Assembly: GCA_018985225.1 (NCBI GenBank)
Contig: JADGIF010000253.1
Coordinates: forward strand, 1-12,751
Source: Amoeboradix gromovi X-113
Taxonomy: Eukaryota; Fungi; Sanchytriomycota
DNA length: 12,751 bases
Direction: 5' to 3'
The translations under genes were made by a program, and so were the position numbers. Under the pieces are notes generated by a model. The model ran no database searches. It saw only the letters and a list, made by a program, of their open reading frames with translations, and was not told the DNA's origin. Position 1 is the first letter of the stretch, and each line of letters opens with the position of its first letter. Shown piece by piece: positions 9,632 through 12,751 of the stretch.

Positions 9632-10504
9632 ATGGAAAAAATAGTTCAACAAAGTCATTACGCTATAGATAAAATCACACGACGAGAGTTAAAGCGAAAA
9701 TTCAATAATTTGGTTGTAGAGACACGAGCCTCTAAAAGAATGAGAGAGGATATGAATATTATGACTCCCACCTCTTCTGCAGCTTCCCTGCAGGATATTC
9801 AAAAATATTCATGTTTTTGTTCCATGGTTAGCATACCAGATGGTTGGTTTACTACTGATTCTAGTTTTATTATATCTAAGGAGAGTTATTTGGATGATAA
9901 ACTTTTTTCGCTTTTGAATAGCAATAACATTATCAGAATGAAAGAGACGAATGGTAAAGTCATATATGAACAGCGACAATTTCAATCAGACAAATTAGGG
10001 GTTCATATGAGTGCCTCATTCGATTCAATTAATGATGACTTTAAACCTTGGATAACATTCACTTCCTATAGAAAAACATTTAGTCATCCAAATTTCAAGA
10101 ATGTGTTGTTAAACCAAGAATACATTGTATACGAACAATCAAGAAGCACTATCTATGAGTTGAGAAGTAATAGTTACACAAATCTTCAATTAGCATTGGA
10201 TTCTTTGAATAGGGCAACTTCTTGCAGATCCAGTGTATTAGAAGGATTATACCAATACTATCCTGAAGTGTATGAAAAGCTGGATTCTAGTATGGTTGAT
10301 ATTTACAAAGAGTGCCCACCAAGCATGGATTTTGTATTGGATGGAATAAACATCAAGCCCTTGTCTTTGGATGATAGAAATTGGTCTGTTATTCGTAAAA
10401 GTGGTATCTATCATGACTATAAACACATGTCTATTGCAGAAGCTTGTGATGCACTAGAAAAGTTGGAAAGGCAGGAATATGATGATTTATACGAGGATGA
10501 GTAG
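9632..10504 (+). CDS. Hypothetical protein, 290 aa
   Basis: Long ATG-initiated ORF with a basic NLS-like N-terminal stretch (RRELKRKF, KRMR) and acidic tail. TTTAAA..GGGGGG lies upstream and AATAAA downstream, as for neighbouring genes. No family recognised. Confidence 0.8.
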   Translation: MEKIVQQSHYAIDKITRRELKRKFNNLVVETRASKRMREDMNIMTPTSSAASLQDIQKYSCFCSMVSIPDGWFTTDSSFIISKESYLDDKLFSLLNSNNIIRMKETNGKVIYEQRQFQSDKLGVHMSASFDSINDDFKPWITFTSYRKTFSHPNFKNVLLNQEYIVYEQSRSTIYELRSNSYTNLQLALDSLNRATSCRSSVLEGLYQYYPEVYEKLDSSMVDIYKECPPSMDFVLDGINIKPLSLDDRNWSVIRKSGIYHDYKHMSIAEACDALEKLERQEYDDLYEDE

Positions 10505-10522
10505 AATTTAATAAATTTATTG
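10505..10522. terminator. Shared bidirectional polyadenylation region between convergent genes
   Basis: Only 12 nt separate the two stops. AATAAA lies at 10510-10515 (+). On the minus strand, AATAAA overlaps the stop codon and ATTAAA lies at 10507-10512. Confidence 0.55.
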
Positions 10523-11224
10523 ATCCCAATACTTATAAATTCCTCTCTTTAGCTTGCATTCGTCATCAAATGAGCCATTTCGTTGGAGCAAATCTTTTTC
10601 AATAACAGTAACTGCAAATACTTCTTTTGAATTGTTTATGAGTGCTATCAACGACCATTTTTTTGTATCATTAATGCCATTGTGTGAAATTATAACTGCT
10701 TGGTGTCGAAAAGATGACAATCTGTTACACTTAGAATAATCAACAATATCTAAAAACGATAGCCTACCTTCCTCTGATTGTCTTTTGACTTTATCAAAAC
10801 CCGTATGACATAAAAACCAAGTTAAAAACCTTACAGAAGAAGCTGGTTTGGCTTTTTTCACTTCTATAAATTTAATCTCTGCTTTATGTAACAAGATATG
10901 ATGAGGTAGAATAAAGCTGTCAGCCTTTAATCGAGTATCGTAATACGAAAATTTGTAAGTTTTAAAAAGTTCTTCACGTTGATTTTTGGTATATGCAACA
11001 GCTAATGTCATAGATTCTTTTTTTCTGGTTCTTTTACAACAGCAAATGTCAAAGTTAAATTTTTTTTCTTTCAAGGATGACAATAATCCCATATTTACAT
11101 GGGTTTCATCAACATTCTTCAGTACAAAACCAAAATGAGGCTTATCTTTCTTAATTTGAAATATGGAAGGCTCCTGTTCTAAAATATCTGAGCCCATTAA
11201 ATTACCCTCACAGAGCTCAAACAT
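10517..11224 (-). CDS. Hypothetical basic protein, 235 aa
   Basis: Uninterrupted ORF (first ATG 11224). The stop overlaps AATAAA and GGGG lies 6-9 nt upstream of the ATG. No family recognised. Confidence 0.7.
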   Translation of the reverse strand: MFELCEGNLMGSDILEQEPSIFQIKKDKPHFGFVLKNVDETHVNMGLLSSLKEKKFNFDICCCKRTRKKESMTLAVAYTKNQREELFKTYKFSYYDTRLKADSFILPHHILLHKAEIKFIEVKKAKPASSVRFLTWFLCHTGFDKVKRQSEEGRLSFLDIVDYSKCNRLSSFRHQAVIISHNGINDTKKWSLIALINNSKEVFAVTVIEKDLLQRNGSFDDECKLKRGIYKYWDQ

Positions 11225-11304
11225 ACGCACCCCTCGTTTGGTCTTTTTTTAATAATTAAGAGATTGATTGAAGCTCTTTTGCAAATAACACCACCAAGTA
11301 ATCA

Positions 11305-11856
11305 GTGCACCTCTGGAGGGTCAATAGGTTTACTGTTAACTATGAACCAGAGTTAATACAGCCTACAACACATGAAACCATTAAATTAACCTCTCTACTT
11401 TCCAAGTCATTGTTTGTATCATTGGAGTATTTATACAGGTATAGAGATTCAATGGATAACCATAAAATGTTGTCTTACTTTGTTGAAGTGCTGGAAAGAA
11501 ATGGATTTTTAGAATTAAAATATAAAGCTTTTTTCCAAAAATTTCTATTAGAAAATCCAGCATCTATTTCAGATGTCCTATCTTTGAAAATGGGTGATTA
11601 CTGCAGGAGTATGATTATAGGTATTTTAATTGACAATATATAAAACTATGTTTATCAGGGCGTGACTTGTCAGTTGATTTGCATTCTGGAAAACACAAGA
11701 TTGTATTTCAATTCTGATCAATACAACGCTGCTATGGACACCATAAAAAATTCAAATCTATTGAAAATCATTTATTGGTTTCGTGTTACATCAGTGTACT
11801 CGAGGAAATACATAGTTCAAAAAATGTTATACCTTATGATGCAGTTTCTAGTATGA
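11305..11856 (+). pseudogene. Interrupted ORF of unknown function
   Basis: ORFs 11305-11643 and 11662-11856 are in the same frame, separated by a single TAA (11641-11643), giving ~180 codons of helical-looking protein. Confidence 0.45.
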
Positions 11857-12202
11857 CTTTTAGTACCATAACTCTGACTATAAAAACCGAAGCTAATGAA
11901 AACCACTCTCTGTTGAGAGCAATTGTAACGTAGCCACAGTCAAGTCAATGATTCCCTGTGAATCTGGAACATTGATGTTGGAAAAAGAGCTAAGGTTTTG
12001 TGGAAAACTGTTACAGAATGAAAACGTATCGTCTAGTTGTGGTGTCACAAATGGATCTACATTGTATCTTAAAATACTAAAACCTGACGATGCTTTTTTG
12101 AAATCGGTGTTAAATAAATTGAATACATTAATCCCAAATCGATATTTGATTGATTTAAACGGTTTAGAACACAAAAAGATAAAAAATAACTGTTCCTGCT
12201 AA
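11853..12202 (+). pseudogene. Frameshifted ubiquitin-like (UBL) domain protein
   Basis: ATG 11853 reads MTFSTITLTIKTEANENHSL, then a frameshift in the CT run (11906-11911) leads to (S)VESNCNVATVKSMIPCESGTLMLEKELRFCGKLLQNENVSSSCGVTNGSTLYLKIL. Aligned by eye to ubiquitin 1-70 it gives ~19/70 identities (KT, LxVE, VKxxI, LxFxGKxL, STLxL). No C-terminal GG. Confidence 0.75.
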
Positions 12203-12515
12203 TATGAAAGACCTTAAATGTATCGTATGGGGAAATGGAAGCAAGGCGCATGTACGCGGGAACGACCCTGTACCCAATCGACTGCTCTTGCATCAGTTCT
12301 CTCGATGGGGTCAGGTACTTATTATCCCAGAAGAGTACACCTCGAAGAAATGCTACAATTGCAAGAAGGATTTCAATGGGAAAGAATATGGAAAACGAAA
12401 GAGACTTAGGACATGCGAAACATGCTCCACAGTCCTCGATCGCGATGTAAACGCAAGCCTGAATATACGCGATGTATTTATTAGTTTTACGACAGAATAC
12501 AAAAAGCCTATCTAG
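12183..12515 (+). pseudogene. Fanzor1 C-terminal fragment (RuvC-II, zinc finger, RuvC-III)
   Basis: KITVPANMKDLKCIVWGNGSKAHVRGNDPVPNRLLLHQFSRWGQVLIIPEEYTSKKCYNC...RLRTCETCSTVLDRDVNASLNIRDVF. It has the Fanzor1-type WGNG and RGxxPxP motifs, relocated catalytic Glu (EEYTS), two CxxC pairs and DRDVNA..NI. RuvC-I and the N-terminal lobe are not seen. The frame continues past the TAG to a TGA at 12585-12587. Confidence 0.92.
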
Positions 12516-12627
12516 CAACTTCGTCCTTCGTTGGATGATACCAATATTAAAAGAGCGAGAGGTCTCAACGGACACCTCAAGCAATGATTTTTCTACATGA
12601 GGTTTTTCCCAGAATATCTCCATTAGG

Positions 12628-12749
12628 GACATCAAATATAAAAACTGGACTAACTTTCTGCTACAACTTGGAACATTATTTCAGCTTTATTAATTTTATG
12701 GATTTAAGAGGCGAGTGGACATTCAGCTAGTTGCGGAGTTGACGAGTAT
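12628..12749 (-). repeat. Right arm of long terminal inverted repeat (pairs with 4-125)
   Basis: Reverse complement reads ATACTCGTCAACTCCGCAACTAGCTGAATGTCC..., matching window positions 4 onward. The arm begins ~112 nt after the stop codon of the Fanzor1 relic. Confidence 0.97.
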
Positions 12750-12751
12750 GA

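Larger units (their letters stand above)
7..12746. mobile_element. Putative non-autonomous TIR-bounded composite element (TA-flanked) with Fanzor relics and host-gene cargo
   Basis: Inverted arms lie at both extremes, with TA at 5-6 and 12747-12748 directly outside CTCG...CGAG termini (Tc1/mariner-IS630-type target duplication pattern). A Fanzor1 3' end is adjacent to the right arm. No transposase was recognised. Flanks are only a few nt long, so the boundaries cannot be confirmed, and TA is self-complementary so it could simply be part of the repeat. Confidence 0.4.

Noticed and set aside
6621-11643. In-frame TAG/TAA codons in relics suggesting a TAA/TAG=Gln genetic code
   Set aside because: Conserved host genes are fully open in the standard code and use CAA/CAG for Gln. 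STM1 ends at TAA right after its family-typical FPSLA terminus. The relics also contain frameshifts.
11305-11856. Interrupted ORF as the missing N-terminal half of the Fanzor1 at 12183
   Set aside because: No RuvC-I (D-P-G-like) or other Fanzor motif is evident, and a UBL domain intervenes. It needs a profile search and is left as an unknown pseudogene.
12069-12635. 188-aa minus-strand ORF starting inside the right repeat
   Set aside because: It is the antisense shadow of the Fanzor1 fragment, which carries the conserved motifs on the plus strand. No recognisable features.
1-12751. CRISPR array, tRNA/rRNA genes, telomeric repeats, or an intact transposase/serine recombinase
   Set aside because: I saw no regularly spaced direct repeats, cloverleaf or rRNA motifs, short tandem terminal repeats, or DDE/IS607 TnpA motifs by eye.

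Overview
AT-rich, apparently intron-free eukaryotic DNA. The gene content and compact layout suggest an early-diverging fungus or opisthosporidian, but this is inference. Five intact ORFs are present: a WD40-like protein, THADA/Trm732, an Stm1/SERBP1-family RGG protein and two unknown ORFs. The spacers between them are filled with decayed coding sequence, including up to four 3'-terminal relics of Fanzor (eukaryotic TnpB-like RNA-guided nuclease) genes. One is a clear Fanzor2 (~6486-6803, +), one a clear Fanzor1 (~12183-12515, +), and two are weaker Fanzor1-like relics on the minus strand (~1791-2124 and ~6982-7190). A frameshifted ubiquitin-like domain sits directly upstream of the last Fanzor1. 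The whole window is bracketed by a 122-bp, 97% identical inverted repeat (4-125 / 12628-12749) whose outer ends read TA|CTCG...CGAG|TA. It may therefore be a single ~12.7-kb TIR-bounded, transposase-less, Fanzor-tailed unit carrying housekeeping genes. Alternatively it is a contig broken at two inverted copies of a repeat.
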